Assembly (NCBI GenBank): GCA_965662895.1
Contig: CBFIJH010000002.1
Coordinates: forward strand, 96,001 to 160,000
Reading direction: 5' to 3'
Length of the DNA: 64,000 bases
Source: Candidatus Poseidoniaceae archaeon
GTDB taxonomy: Archaea; Thermoplasmatota; Poseidoniia; Poseidoniales; Poseidoniaceae
Every line of letters starts with the position of its first letter. The first letter of the stretch is position 1. Below, piece by piece: positions 48,690 to 57,929 of the stretch. The notes under the pieces are model-generated. The model saw only the letters and a program-made list of their open reading frames with translations. It ran no database searches and was not told the origin of the DNA. Position numbers and translations under genes: made by a program.

Positions 48690-48899
48690 ATGGCTGAGCG
48701 TTTCCTCCCAACCGAGGATCCTGTACTTGAACAGGTTCTCACATGGACGGTCAAGAGAGATGCGAGAGACGTTCGCCGTCTTCTGGAGTGGTTGCCACAA
48801 GCCAGGTCAAAAAGAGAACGACAGGCACTCCTTGATCGTGTTCGAGATTTGCTCGATGAACTCGAACAGGCCATGTCCTCGCTTGATGATCTGGAGTGA
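48690..48899 (+). CDS. Small helical hypothetical protein
   Basis: MAERFLPTEDPVLE..., 69 aa; stop overlaps the next start. Confidence 0.65.
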   Translation: MAERFLPTEDPVLEQVLTWTVKRDARDVRRLLEWLPQARSKRERQALLDRVRDLLDELEQAMSSLDDLE

Positions 48900-49420
48900 A
48901 CGCTATGCCGCTTCTCTGCCTAATTCTTGCTGGTGGAAAGAGCGAACGTATGGGTCGTGACAAGGCTTTACTTTACGATTCTGTCAACGCACTTGCAGAG
49001 GAACTTGAAGCAAAAGGATGCAAAGTTGTGGTCGCTTGCGGAAGCGAAAATAGAGCACATCACTTTCATTCAACGTGCTGGCCTGACCCTGAGAATACCG
49101 AATCACTTGCTGAAATAATCAGGGCTTTTGCAGGAAAAAACAATGAAGAAATCCAATTATTTCCTTGCGATATGTATCGACTCGATTCTCGTGCAATCGA
49201 GACTGTTCTCGGCCAACCACCGGGAGTCCCTGTTGATGCTCAAAACAAGGAACAATTCACACTTGCCCGCATAGCAAAACATTGTCAATTACCAGAATCG
49301 AAGAGCTTACGCGACCTTTTTTCTAATTTTCAACGCAATGATATGAGCATTCTTGAAGATCGAATTGAGAATTTTAATCTTCCAAATCAAATCGATGCCC
49401 TGAACAAATCAAATCAATAA
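48896..49420 (+). CDS. mobA: MobA-like NTP transferase
   Basis: ILAGGKSERMGRDKALL, PCDM, NFN. Confidence 0.8.
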   Translation: MNAMPLLCLILAGGKSERMGRDKALLYDSVNALAEELEAKGCKVVVACGSENRAHHFHSTCWPDPENTESLAEIIRAFAGKNNEEIQLFPCDMYRLDSRAIETVLGQPPGVPVDAQNKEQFTLARIAKHCQLPESKSLRDLFSNFQRNDMSILEDRIENFNLPNQIDALNKSNQ

Positions 49421-50018
49421 TATGAGGATAAATTCGGTGTTCTTCAATTTGAACTCTTTTCGCTAATTGAGCACGTGTATCGGACGCAAAAACAGGTACG
49501 CGACGTTGAGCGAGAATCGGTCCTGAATCCATGCCTGCATCTACAATATGTACGGTACAACCACTAACTTGAACTCCTGATTTGAGAACATCCGTGTGTG
49601 CATCAGCCCCCGGAAATGCTGGAAGCAATGATGGATGAATGTTGACGATTCGAGGGTAATATCGCTCAACAAATTCCTTTGAAAGAAGGCGCATGTATCC
49701 GGATAGGACAATGAGGTCAACTTCAAACGAGTCAAGATGCGCTTGAATTCTCGCTTCATGTTCATGCCGTCGTTCTTCTTTCGGTTGCTCTATATCAACG
49801 GTTTCAACAAAAGTTGGAACATTGTGATGATGTGCGTGCTCAATTCCACCAGCGCCTTCTTTGTCTGTTATGCACAAAACGGTTTCATGAAGACAATCGG
49901 TTTGTTTTTGATGCGTCAATAATGCATTCAAACCGGTTCCGGACCCAGAGAAAAACACAGCAATCCGAATTGGATTGGACGAATTGGGTGTTTTGGTTAG
50001 CACCCGAGCCCCCGCCAT
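49374..50018 (-). CDS. purN: Phosphoribosylglycinamide formyltransferase
   Basis: SGSGTG, LSGYMR, NIHPSLLP, GCTVH, DSGPI. Confidence 0.96.
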   Translation of the reverse strand: MAGARVLTKTPNSSNPIRIAVFFSGSGTGLNALLTHQKQTDCLHETVLCITDKEGAGGIEHAHHHNVPTFVETVDIEQPKEERRHEHEARIQAHLDSFEVDLIVLSGYMRLLSKEFVERYYPRIVNIHPSLLPAFPGADAHTDVLKSGVQVSGCTVHIVDAGMDSGPILAQRRVPVFASDTRAQLAKRVQIEEHRIYPHIIDLICSGHRFDLED

Positions 50019-50121
50019 GATTCGACGAATGCACACTGGATTTCAGTCCTTTGGCTCGTACTGGGCTCACCCCTATTCCTTATGAGTGACGTTCCTTAGG
50101 CTTGGTTGAGGAAGTGCGGTA

Positions 50122-50625
50122 ATGGAGGGTACATCATCCAGCCAAATCAACCCACTAGGCTTCGAAGGCTTGCCCGATGAGGAAATACTTGAGCGCATTC
50201 TTGACATGCATAAACCATCAAAAAACCCTGTCGTGCGTTGGCTTTGGACAAGCCTTGGCAGTGTTTTTGTTGTATTTGCAGCAATCGGAACAGTCGTTCC
50301 GGGTTGGCCAACGACGTCATGGCTCGTGGCAGCCGGATTTTGCTTTGGACGTTCTTCACGTCGAATGTTTCGCTGGCTACTAACGAACAAAATATTCGGA
50401 AGCGCTTTGCTTGATTATTACAAAGCAGGGCGAGCCTTGCCACTTCACTCGAAGATTGTTATCATAGGGATTATTTCGGTCGTTTCTGCCTTTTCGATTT
50501 ACGTTGTCACAAAACTTGGCGATCCGGGTTTTGGTCAAGCGACAATTGCAATTGTTGCACTGATCGGAATCTGGTTCGTTGGGTGGAAGGTTCCAACTGT
50601 ACATCTTCAAGTACAGCCGAATTAG
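50122..50625 (+). CDS. YbaN/DUF454 membrane protein
   Basis: IGTVVPGWPTT...CFGRSS...WLL...FG pattern. Confidence 0.85.
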   Translation: MEGTSSSQINPLGFEGLPDEEILERILDMHKPSKNPVVRWLWTSLGSVFVVFAAIGTVVPGWPTTSWLVAAGFCFGRSSRRMFRWLLTNKIFGSALLDYYKAGRALPLHSKIVIIGIISVVSAFSIYVVTKLGDPGFGQATIAIVALIGIWFVGWKVPTVHLQVQPN

Positions 50626-51803
50626 AGTTCTTTCAGATGTGAAGCCAAGCGATTTGCTATTGATGTTCCCACGTCACTGCACGAAGCGGTTCCTCCTAAA
50701 TCATAGGTGAGCGAGGTTCCATCCTTCAGATGTTCAGCGACACTTCGATCAAGGATTTTTGACACGTTCAGCAAATCATCATCATTGGAACGTCGGGCAA
50801 GCCAGTCCAACATCATTTGAATAGAATTGATACTCGCGATTGGGTTGACTTTGTTTTGGCCAGCGTGTTTCGGTGCCGATCCATGAACGGGTTCGAAGAA
50901 CGCATGGTCGTCACCAATGTTTCCCGATGCAGCCATCCCCATACCACCTTGCAGAACCGAAGCCAAATCGGTAGCAATGTCACCGAACATGTTGGAGGTG
51001 ACAACTACGTCGTAAAATTCAGGCGTACGCGTCAGCCATTGGGTGAATGCGTCGATGTATCCGTAATCTTTCTCAACGTGCTGATATGAATTGGCAATGT
51101 TGTCGAAACTTCTTCGGAACAATTGACAACCTCGTGTAACGTTGCTCTTGTCGATGCAAGAAACACGAGAGACCCCATCAACAGGAGCACCGCTTCTCGT
51201 ATCACAGATATCGAAACCCATTTTGATAAGGCGTTCAGACCCATGTGAAGAGATTGGCCTCGGGTCGTAAGCAACTTCACCATGCAAACCAGGGAAATCG
51301 ATTTCTGGAGGCTCGTATCCTTCGAGACCCTTAGCTCGCTGAGCACTACGATGTAGAAGTGAATGATAGAGCCCTTCAGTGTTCTCTCGAAGGATAACCA
51401 TGTTGACCATGTCTGGATCCCAAATGTTGGTAAATCGACCATGGACCTTGTGCGGTACGCCCTCATACAATCGAATTGGTCGGACGTTTGCATAGAGGTC
51501 AAGACCACTTCGCATACCCAAGATCACGGATCCGCCTGCAAGGTCACCATTCGGCAATCTTGCACCTGGATAGCCAATAGCTCCCATGAAAATTGCATCT
51601 GCATCATCTCGACAGAATTCGAACGAACCTTCTGCCCATTCTTCACCCGTTGCCTGGTAATGTTGCCCTCCACAAGGAATCACGGTTTGTTCGAATCCGT
51701 GATTTGTATGTTCTTGGATGGTATCCAAAATACGCTGGGCTTCGACCGCTACTTCCTTCCCTGTACCGTCGCCGGGAAGCACCGCAATGATGTGGTCGCT
51801 CAT
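50622..51803 (-). CDS. Isocitrate/isopropylmalate dehydrogenase family
   Basis: PGDGTGKEV, LYANVRP, RENTEG, NMFGDIATD, EPVHGSAP. Confidence 0.93.
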   Translation of the reverse strand: MSDHIIAVLPGDGTGKEVAVEAQRILDTIQEHTNHGFEQTVIPCGGQHYQATGEEWAEGSFEFCRDDADAIFMGAIGYPGARLPNGDLAGGSVILGMRSGLDLYANVRPIRLYEGVPHKVHGRFTNIWDPDMVNMVILRENTEGLYHSLLHRSAQRAKGLEGYEPPEIDFPGLHGEVAYDPRPISSHGSERLIKMGFDICDTRSGAPVDGVSRVSCIDKSNVTRGCQLFRRSFDNIANSYQHVEKDYGYIDAFTQWLTRTPEFYDVVVTSNMFGDIATDLASVLQGGMGMAASGNIGDDHAFFEPVHGSAPKHAGQNKVNPIASINSIQMMLDWLARRSNDDDLLNVSKILDRSVAEHLKDGTSLTYDLGGTASCSDVGTSIANRLASHLKEL

Positions 51804-51857
51804 GGTTGCTCGATATGGCAATACTACATGAATGAGACCCATTTCTCACCTGATGCA

Positions 51858-53495
51858 TCAATGGCGAAACAGCCTGTGACCGGTGAAGAGCATGGATACA
51901 CCGAGGTGGTTGGCGGCGTCAATAACCTCTTGATCGCGAATGGAACCTCCAGGCTGAACGATTGATGAAGCACCTGCAGCAGCTGCCTGCTCCAAACCAT
52001 CAGCAAATGGGAAAAACGCATCACTTGCAAGCACACAACCATGTGCTCGTTCTCCAGCTCTTCGGGCAGCAATCCGTACAGCCTCGACCCGGCTCGTTTG
52101 TCCAGGACCGATTCCAACGGTGGCCAACCCCTGCACCATGACGATAGCGTTTGATTTCACTTGTTCACAAACACGCACTGCAAATTTCATCGAATCCATT
52201 TCGTCCCGTGTCACTTCTTTTTCAGTAACGGTTCGTGCGGAATCCCAATCGATGATTGGAGGCTCTTCTGTCTGAACAATCCAACCGCCTTCAATTTGCT
52301 TCAGAATTCGCTTTCTTTCAAGCGGAGCAAGGCGATTGTTTGGAGATTCAATTGTCAGAAGCCTTCGATTGCCTTTCTTCATAATGAATTCCTTTGCTTC
52401 TTCAGTGTACCCGGGTGCAATGAGAACTTCAATGAACAAATCAGCCATTGCTTGAGCAGTTTCAATGGTGACGATTTCATTGAAACAAATGATCGAACCA
52501 AAAGCGGATTCAGGGTCACTTGCGAGCGCATTCTTGTACGCTTCGGTTTGATTTGCGGCCAAAGCAACGCCACACGGGTTGTTATGTTTCACGATGACAC
52601 AGGCATGCGGGGTTTCTGGCCATTCATTGGTCGAGAGTGAACGGCACAGGCGAAGCGTCGCATCGGCATCCGAGTAATTGTTGTACGACATTGCCTTACC
52701 GCCTTCGACATGGGCCGTGACGAGCGTTGAATGGCTTCCAAGTTCAGCATCATCAACAAAGAGAGCTGCGCTTTGATGTGCATTTTCTCCGTATCTCAGT
52801 GTCTGTGATTTTATCGAAGATGCGAGCAGAGTTTCGTGGAATCTTCCTGACTGATCATCAATAGCATCAAACGATTCTGGAACTCCATTCCAACGTTCGT
52901 GAAGAACGTTAGCGATAGCAACATCATAGGAAGCTGTGTGCTGGTATGCGGTCAGTGCAAGTTCCTGCCGTCGAGACACAGGCACACCGGACGGGTCGCC
53001 TTTGGCACGTTCCAAATCATCGATAATCGAGTCGTAATCGTCAGGATTGCAGCAGATGATGACGTTTGCGTGATTTTTTGCAGATGCACGAACCATGGTT
53101 GGCCCGCCAATATCAATCATTTCCAGCAAAGCGTCCTTTTCAAGAGGAGGTTCGGCTGAAGCCGCCGATACAAATGGGTATAGATTGCAAGCGACCAACG
53201 CAATTGGAGTGTATTGAAGTTCTTCCATTCCAATCCGATCTTCCTCTTTTTGTAGACGTGCGAGCAATGGCCCGTGAATTGCGGGGTGCAGCGTTTTTAC
53301 CCGACCATCAAAGATTTCAGGATGTTGTGTCACTTCTGATACACTTTTGACCTCCAAACCCGACTCCATGAGTTTTCGAGCAGTCCCTCCGGTTGAGACC
53401 AGTTCAAAACCGAGATTTGAGAGCGAAGTCGCAAATTCAACGATACCTGTTTTATCCCATACGCTAAGTAGCGCTCGAGGTTTTACCGAGTCCAT
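51858..53495 (-). CDS. purH: Bifunctional AICAR transformylase/IMP cyclohydrolase
   Basis: ALLSVWDK, GRVKTLHP, IDIGGP, LRYGEN, KHNNPCG, ASDAFFPF, RLFRH. Confidence 0.98.
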   Translation of the reverse strand: MDSVKPRALLSVWDKTGIVEFATSLSNLGFELVSTGGTARKLMESGLEVKSVSEVTQHPEIFDGRVKTLHPAIHGPLLARLQKEEDRIGMEELQYTPIALVACNLYPFVSAASAEPPLEKDALLEMIDIGGPTMVRASAKNHANVIICCNPDDYDSIIDDLERAKGDPSGVPVSRRQELALTAYQHTASYDVAIANVLHERWNGVPESFDAIDDQSGRFHETLLASSIKSQTLRYGENAHQSAALFVDDAELGSHSTLVTAHVEGGKAMSYNNYSDADATLRLCRSLSTNEWPETPHACVIVKHNNPCGVALAANQTEAYKNALASDPESAFGSIICFNEIVTIETAQAMADLFIEVLIAPGYTEEAKEFIMKKGNRRLLTIESPNNRLAPLERKRILKQIEGGWIVQTEEPPIIDWDSARTVTEKEVTRDEMDSMKFAVRVCEQVKSNAIVMVQGLATVGIGPGQTSRVEAVRIAARRAGERAHGCVLASDAFFPFADGLEQAAAAGASSIVQPGGSIRDQEVIDAANHLGVSMLFTGHRLFRH

Positions 53496-53558
53496 GATTG
53501 CACCCGTTATCGCACTCTAGTGTGTCTTCGTTATCAAGCATGTGATGAATCCACATCC

Positions 53559-55142
53559 TCAATCTCCACGGGAAGAGATCACTTGATCGACTCGAAGCAA
53601 ACCGCATGTTGTCTCAACCGCCGATTGCAACGCATGCGATACAGTGAATGATGAGAGAAGGACACCTTCGATTTGACCCACACTTCCATCGATGCAAACA
53701 CCAAATTGGCTCGATTGATTCCGGTGTGCTGCACGCAATTGCAGCAAGGTATCAATTTGATCTTCTCCGGCGTTGAGTGCGAGTGTGCTCGGGATGGTTT
53801 CCAGCGCGCGTGCAAAACCTTCGATGGCTAACCGTTGGCGACCAGAAACAGACTCTGCATGTTCTCGCAGTTGGAGTGCTGCGGCAATATGGAAGGCTCC
53901 TCCTCCAAGCAAAGTTGTTTGATGTTCGATGACCGATTCGAGCGATCGAAGAGCATCGTACATAGCTCGAATGTATTCTTCAACAGCAGCACCATGGCCG
54001 CCCCCAACATCGATGGTTACAAGACCTGATTTTTCTCCAGCATCGACAATTAATCGAGTCTTTCGTCCATCTTCTTGTTCCGAAACATCGACGACGGCTG
54101 ATTCAGCAGAACCTAGCACTTCAGGCGACACATCGTCAAGATGATTGACCAAAGATGCCCCAGTTGCAGCAGAAATATCCTCAATACCATCGTCTTCCAT
54201 CATTCCGACAATTAGAATTCCAAGGTCATTGCATGCGTGTTGAATTCGGTCATCAACTTCTTTTGAAGTAAACACAACCTTCGCTGTTGATGCTGCCAGA
54301 ACATCGATTTTTGATTGAAGAATCTTCTCTTCAGCATCTAGGAAAGCCATCATTTGTTCGGGATGTTCAATTTCGACTTCCGCATCCCGCTTGGTTTTTT
54401 GAATGGTCAATGGACAGGTAAGGGCGAGAACATTCGCAGGGCCAGCAATCTTTGGTGTGCGCTCAGAATCAAACTTCTTTTCGACGACAACACCCCTGAT
54501 CAATTTGGTCTCTTCTAGGGAATCGTGTCCTCGCTTTACCATTCGAACATTTTCTGCACGAACTGGACGCCCACTCGATTGAATGGTTGTCATACAATCG
54601 ACCAATAGTTCGGCAAGAGATTCTCTGCCAGATTCCGCAGATTTTCCAACCATTGCTGTCTTGGCAACCGCCAACAAAGACGCTCGTCCGATATCTATCA
54701 TAGAATGTTCCTCAAGGATTTTTTGAGTCCGTTCCATTGCATCTTGGTACGCTTCAACAAGCAAAAGAGGGTGGACGCTGCGTTCCAACAATCGACCAGC
54801 CTCCTTCATCAACTCGCTTGCAAACAACAAGCAACCTGTCACGCCATCGCCACAAGCATTTTCTTGGGACTCTGCAAGTTGAACGAATGCCTTCGCAGCC
54901 GGATGTTTTACCAACAAATCGGCAACAATCTTTGCGCCATCGTTGGTGATTGCTGTTTCCCCATTTGACTTGTACATCATTTTATCCAGACCATTCGGGC
55001 CAAATGTGCGGCGGAGTATATCACCAAATGCTGCTGAAGCACCAATCAATTTCTGTGTGACGGCAACGCCACTCGTTACCGAGGTTGTTGGTCGAACAAT
55101 GACGACTGGAGCGCGACCTGAACCATCGTCTTGTTGCGCCAT
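53559..55142 (-). CDS. Group II chaperonin (thermosome) subunit, divergent
   Basis: FGPNGLDKM, TNDGA, HPAAK, GDGVTG, GGGA. Confidence 0.9.
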   Translation of the reverse strand: MAQQDDGSGRAPVVIVRPTTSVTSGVAVTQKLIGASAAFGDILRRTFGPNGLDKMMYKSNGETAITNDGAKIVADLLVKHPAAKAFVQLAESQENACGDGVTGCLLFASELMKEAGRLLERSVHPLLLVEAYQDAMERTQKILEEHSMIDIGRASLLAVAKTAMVGKSAESGRESLAELLVDCMTTIQSSGRPVRAENVRMVKRGHDSLEETKLIRGVVVEKKFDSERTPKIAGPANVLALTCPLTIQKTKRDAEVEIEHPEQMMAFLDAEEKILQSKIDVLAASTAKVVFTSKEVDDRIQHACNDLGILIVGMMEDDGIEDISAATGASLVNHLDDVSPEVLGSAESAVVDVSEQEDGRKTRLIVDAGEKSGLVTIDVGGGHGAAVEEYIRAMYDALRSLESVIEHQTTLLGGGAFHIAAALQLREHAESVSGRQRLAIEGFARALETIPSTLALNAGEDQIDTLLQLRAAHRNQSSQFGVCIDGSVGQIEGVLLSSFTVSHALQSAVETTCGLLRVDQVISSRGD

Positions 55143-55180
55143 GATTCACCGTTGCAACCGCTCTTCAAGAAGTCTCCTTT

Positions 55181-56524
55181 TCAACGTCGACGACCCTTTC
55201 TCGTCTTTTTTGAGCGCCCTTGTCGCTCATACGCACGGCTCTGATATGCACGACGGTCTTGATCATCTGTCCAGATTGAATGTTCTGAAACATCATCGGA
55301 ATCGGGCAAATTGTCGAGCGATTCTATCGTTAGACGCAATCCTCCTAACTGGTCTTGGAGGGCTCGAACATTGTCGCCACCCCTACCAACCAATGTTGAG
55401 ATCATATTGCTTGGAGCATAAACCGTTGCTGAAGCATCACTCGTAAATTGAACACGAACATGCACACCAGCCCATTGCCGTATGGTATGGATGAGTTGTT
55501 TTTGAGCGAGTTGTTGAATGGGCTTTTTTTGCCCCGTCTCTGTAACGGGAACGACAGCAAGTTCTGAGCCAAAAGCGAACATTTCGTGTGTGACATTACC
55601 GGATGGGAATTCAACAACTTCGATGACGGGTCGTGCCAGTTCTTCTTGCATCCCCGATGGTGGTTTGACAGTCATTCTTAGTTCAAGCACTTGTTGTATC
55701 TTTCCGGCTTCAACGTGCAAAACAGTGTCAAGCACTTGAGAAACCAATCCGAGCTCGACTTTCCCAATCAGCCGCTGAATCGCTTCAAGCGCTGAGTTGG
55801 CATGCGTAACACCGAGTAGACCGACACCAGCAAGTCGTACATCAGCAAAGATCTCGAAATCCCTTGCTCGGCGTACTTCATCAAAAATAACGAAGTCTGG
55901 GCGTACAAGGAAAATGATTTCTGCGGTCTTCTCTAAATCGCCTTCCAGTGGAGCATACTGTGTAATTCGGTCAGCGAGTTGCAAATCTCTTGGTGCTTCC
56001 ATGGTTTTGACCATGGCTCCGATATCGTCATCGAGATACTCAGCAATGGCTTGCGCCAACGTCGTCTTTCCAGAACCAGGACGACCACAAATGAAGACTC
56101 CTCGATGATGATTGGACAATCGTTCAATGATTTTGGAATCGAGGTTGTAATCACTGAGCGATAGTTTTGCTACAGGTCGAACCACTGTGATTTCTCGAGC
56201 ATCTGAGAAAGGGGGGCTTGCACATGTTATTCTTAGGTCACCAAGTTGCAAGACTTGGCAACCCTTACGATCGATTTCAAGAAAACAATCACTTCGGTGT
56301 TGGTTTGCTTCAACGATTGTTTGCAAAGATTCCTGGAGCGATTCCAACCGTAGGTTATCCCACTCTTCTCCTTCCAATTCGAGCTCAACCAATTCGAGGT
56401 TTCCAATCGTTCCTCGCTTGACTCGAGGAGGACAATCGGCTTTCAGAAAAATTGTGTGGACTTCTGCTTCGAGAAGATCTTCCATTTCAGAGGGGAGGCT
56501 TGGGTGTTCACCGTGCTTTGCCAT
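55181..56524 (-). CDS. PINA-like ATPase with KH domain, lacking the PIN domain
   Basis: GRPGSGKTT, KTMEAPRDL, FDEVR, DVRLAGVG, C-terminal KH motif VGRGG. Confidence 0.88.
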   Translation of the reverse strand: MAKHGEHPSLPSEMEDLLEAEVHTIFLKADCPPRVKRGTIGNLELVELELEGEEWDNLRLESLQESLQTIVEANQHRSDCFLEIDRKGCQVLQLGDLRITCASPPFSDAREITVVRPVAKLSLSDYNLDSKIIERLSNHHRGVFICGRPGSGKTTLAQAIAEYLDDDIGAMVKTMEAPRDLQLADRITQYAPLEGDLEKTAEIIFLVRPDFVIFDEVRRARDFEIFADVRLAGVGLLGVTHANSALEAIQRLIGKVELGLVSQVLDTVLHVEAGKIQQVLELRMTVKPPSGMQEELARPVIEVVEFPSGNVTHEMFAFGSELAVVPVTETGQKKPIQQLAQKQLIHTIRQWAGVHVRVQFTSDASATVYAPSNMISTLVGRGGDNVRALQDQLGGLRLTIESLDNLPDSDDVSEHSIWTDDQDRRAYQSRAYERQGRSKKTRKGRRR

Positions 56525-56565
56525 CGAGACGATGTCTGGTAGGAAGCCTTTGACACTTCGCACAG

Positions 56566-56943
56566 TTATGCAGATGGTGTCCCCGGTTCGAGCATGCCGA
56601 AGGTCCACCAGATGTAGGCATTGGTTCCAATGCTGCCGATGATTGATCCAACCAATGGGAATTCATAGAAGTAGATGCACCAGTATGTAAGACCAGCAGT
56701 GACGACAACAAATGCGAGAATGTTGAGTATACCTCCATTTTTCATTCCGCTCAACTGGACGGTCTTTTCATAGTGGTTTGCCCCCCAGATGATGGCGATA
56801 AGGCAAGAAAGGATAGAAAACGTCACGACTGCATCGAAGACAGAATCCTGCACAAACCAAGTCGCCAAAGAGGCAATTGTGGTGCCGGCGAGTAACCAGA
56901 GCATGACACGTTCGGGGGTCATGTTCCTCCCAGTGGACATCAT
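56566..56943 (-). CDS. Small four-TM membrane protein
   Basis: Hydrophobic helices; ATGA overlap with the upstream gene. Confidence 0.7.
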   Translation of the reverse strand: MMSTGRNMTPERVMLWLLAGTTIASLATWFVQDSVFDAVVTFSILSCLIAIIWGANHYEKTVQLSGMKNGGILNILAFVVVTAGLTYWCIYFYEFPLVGSIIGSIGTNAYIWWTFGMLEPGTPSA

Positions 56944-57881
56944 CTCTTCAATTCTCGTGTGTTCAGACTTCCTGAGCCAGCCAATTGTTGCCGAGCGATG
57001 TCGATGCAGTTGATGGTGCGTAAGATTGACCCAGTTGAAGCTGCAGAAGAAAGAGATTCATTATGAAGAAAATCGCGAAGAACTCCTTCCAACGGTGTTT
57101 GGAAGGAATCAACGACAATGGATTGCTTTTGTTCACGGAGAACAACGAATTTTTGATGATTATCCAAAGTAACCAAAATGCTACCATCCGTGCCAACAAT
57201 GCTGACCTTTCCGATATCGGTGTCGGAATTCCAACCTACATCGATGCGGACCTCGACCTGATTTGGATATTCGAGTGTCAAATTTGTGGAAATCCGAGAA
57301 CCGTTGATTTCAGAGATGCGCGTCGGCCCTTGACCATCGAGCAAAAATTCTGCCAAATCAACCCCGTGTATAGCCAATGAATCAAGAGCGTGGGAGACCC
57401 CATCCCCTGCACGTATGGTTTTTTTCAGATACTCCATCGACTGAATAGCTCCAATCTCTCCTTTTCGAATACGCTCTCGGACATTGACAAGACAGGGGTG
57501 GAATCGTAAGAGGAAACCAGTCTTCAAGGTCTTTCCTTCTTGGATTGCAGTAGCAACGAGTGAAGACGCGTGTTCGAAGGTTTCAGCAATTGGCTTCTCT
57601 AAGAACACATCAACTCCCTGCTGAAGAAATTGTTTTCCTAAGTGATAATGTGAACCGTTCGGAGTAGCAATGACGACCGCGTCAAGTTGGAACAGTTTGA
57701 CGAGTGTTTCTGGATCATCGTGAACTTGAAATCCCATTGAACGGGCCTTCTGCAGTGCAACTGTGTCCACATCACAAGCAACAATCGCTTCAATTGATTC
57801 TTTTTGAGCAATCTGACGTAATGCCTGAAGATGCTTTGAGCCCCATCTGCCACAACCAACTACACCTATTCGTCGCGGCAT
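56940..57881 (-). CDS. Gfo/Idh/MocA oxidoreductase
   Basis: IGVVGCGRWG, IATP, EKP, GFLLRF, HGVD. Confidence 0.92.
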   Translation of the reverse strand: MPRRIGVVGCGRWGSKHLQALRQIAQKESIEAIVACDVDTVALQKARSMGFQVHDDPETLVKLFQLDAVVIATPNGSHYHLGKQFLQQGVDVFLEKPIAETFEHASSLVATAIQEGKTLKTGFLLRFHPCLVNVRERIRKGEIGAIQSMEYLKKTIRAGDGVSHALDSLAIHGVDLAEFLLDGQGPTRISEINGSRISTNLTLEYPNQVEVRIDVGWNSDTDIGKVSIVGTDGSILVTLDNHQKFVVLREQKQSIVVDSFQTPLEGVLRDFLHNESLSSAASTGSILRTINCIDIARQQLAGSGSLNTRELKR

Positions 57882-57929
57882 GGTTTCAGGGCGGCTTTGG
57901 AGCAATTGAGGTTTGGCTTCTCACCGTAC

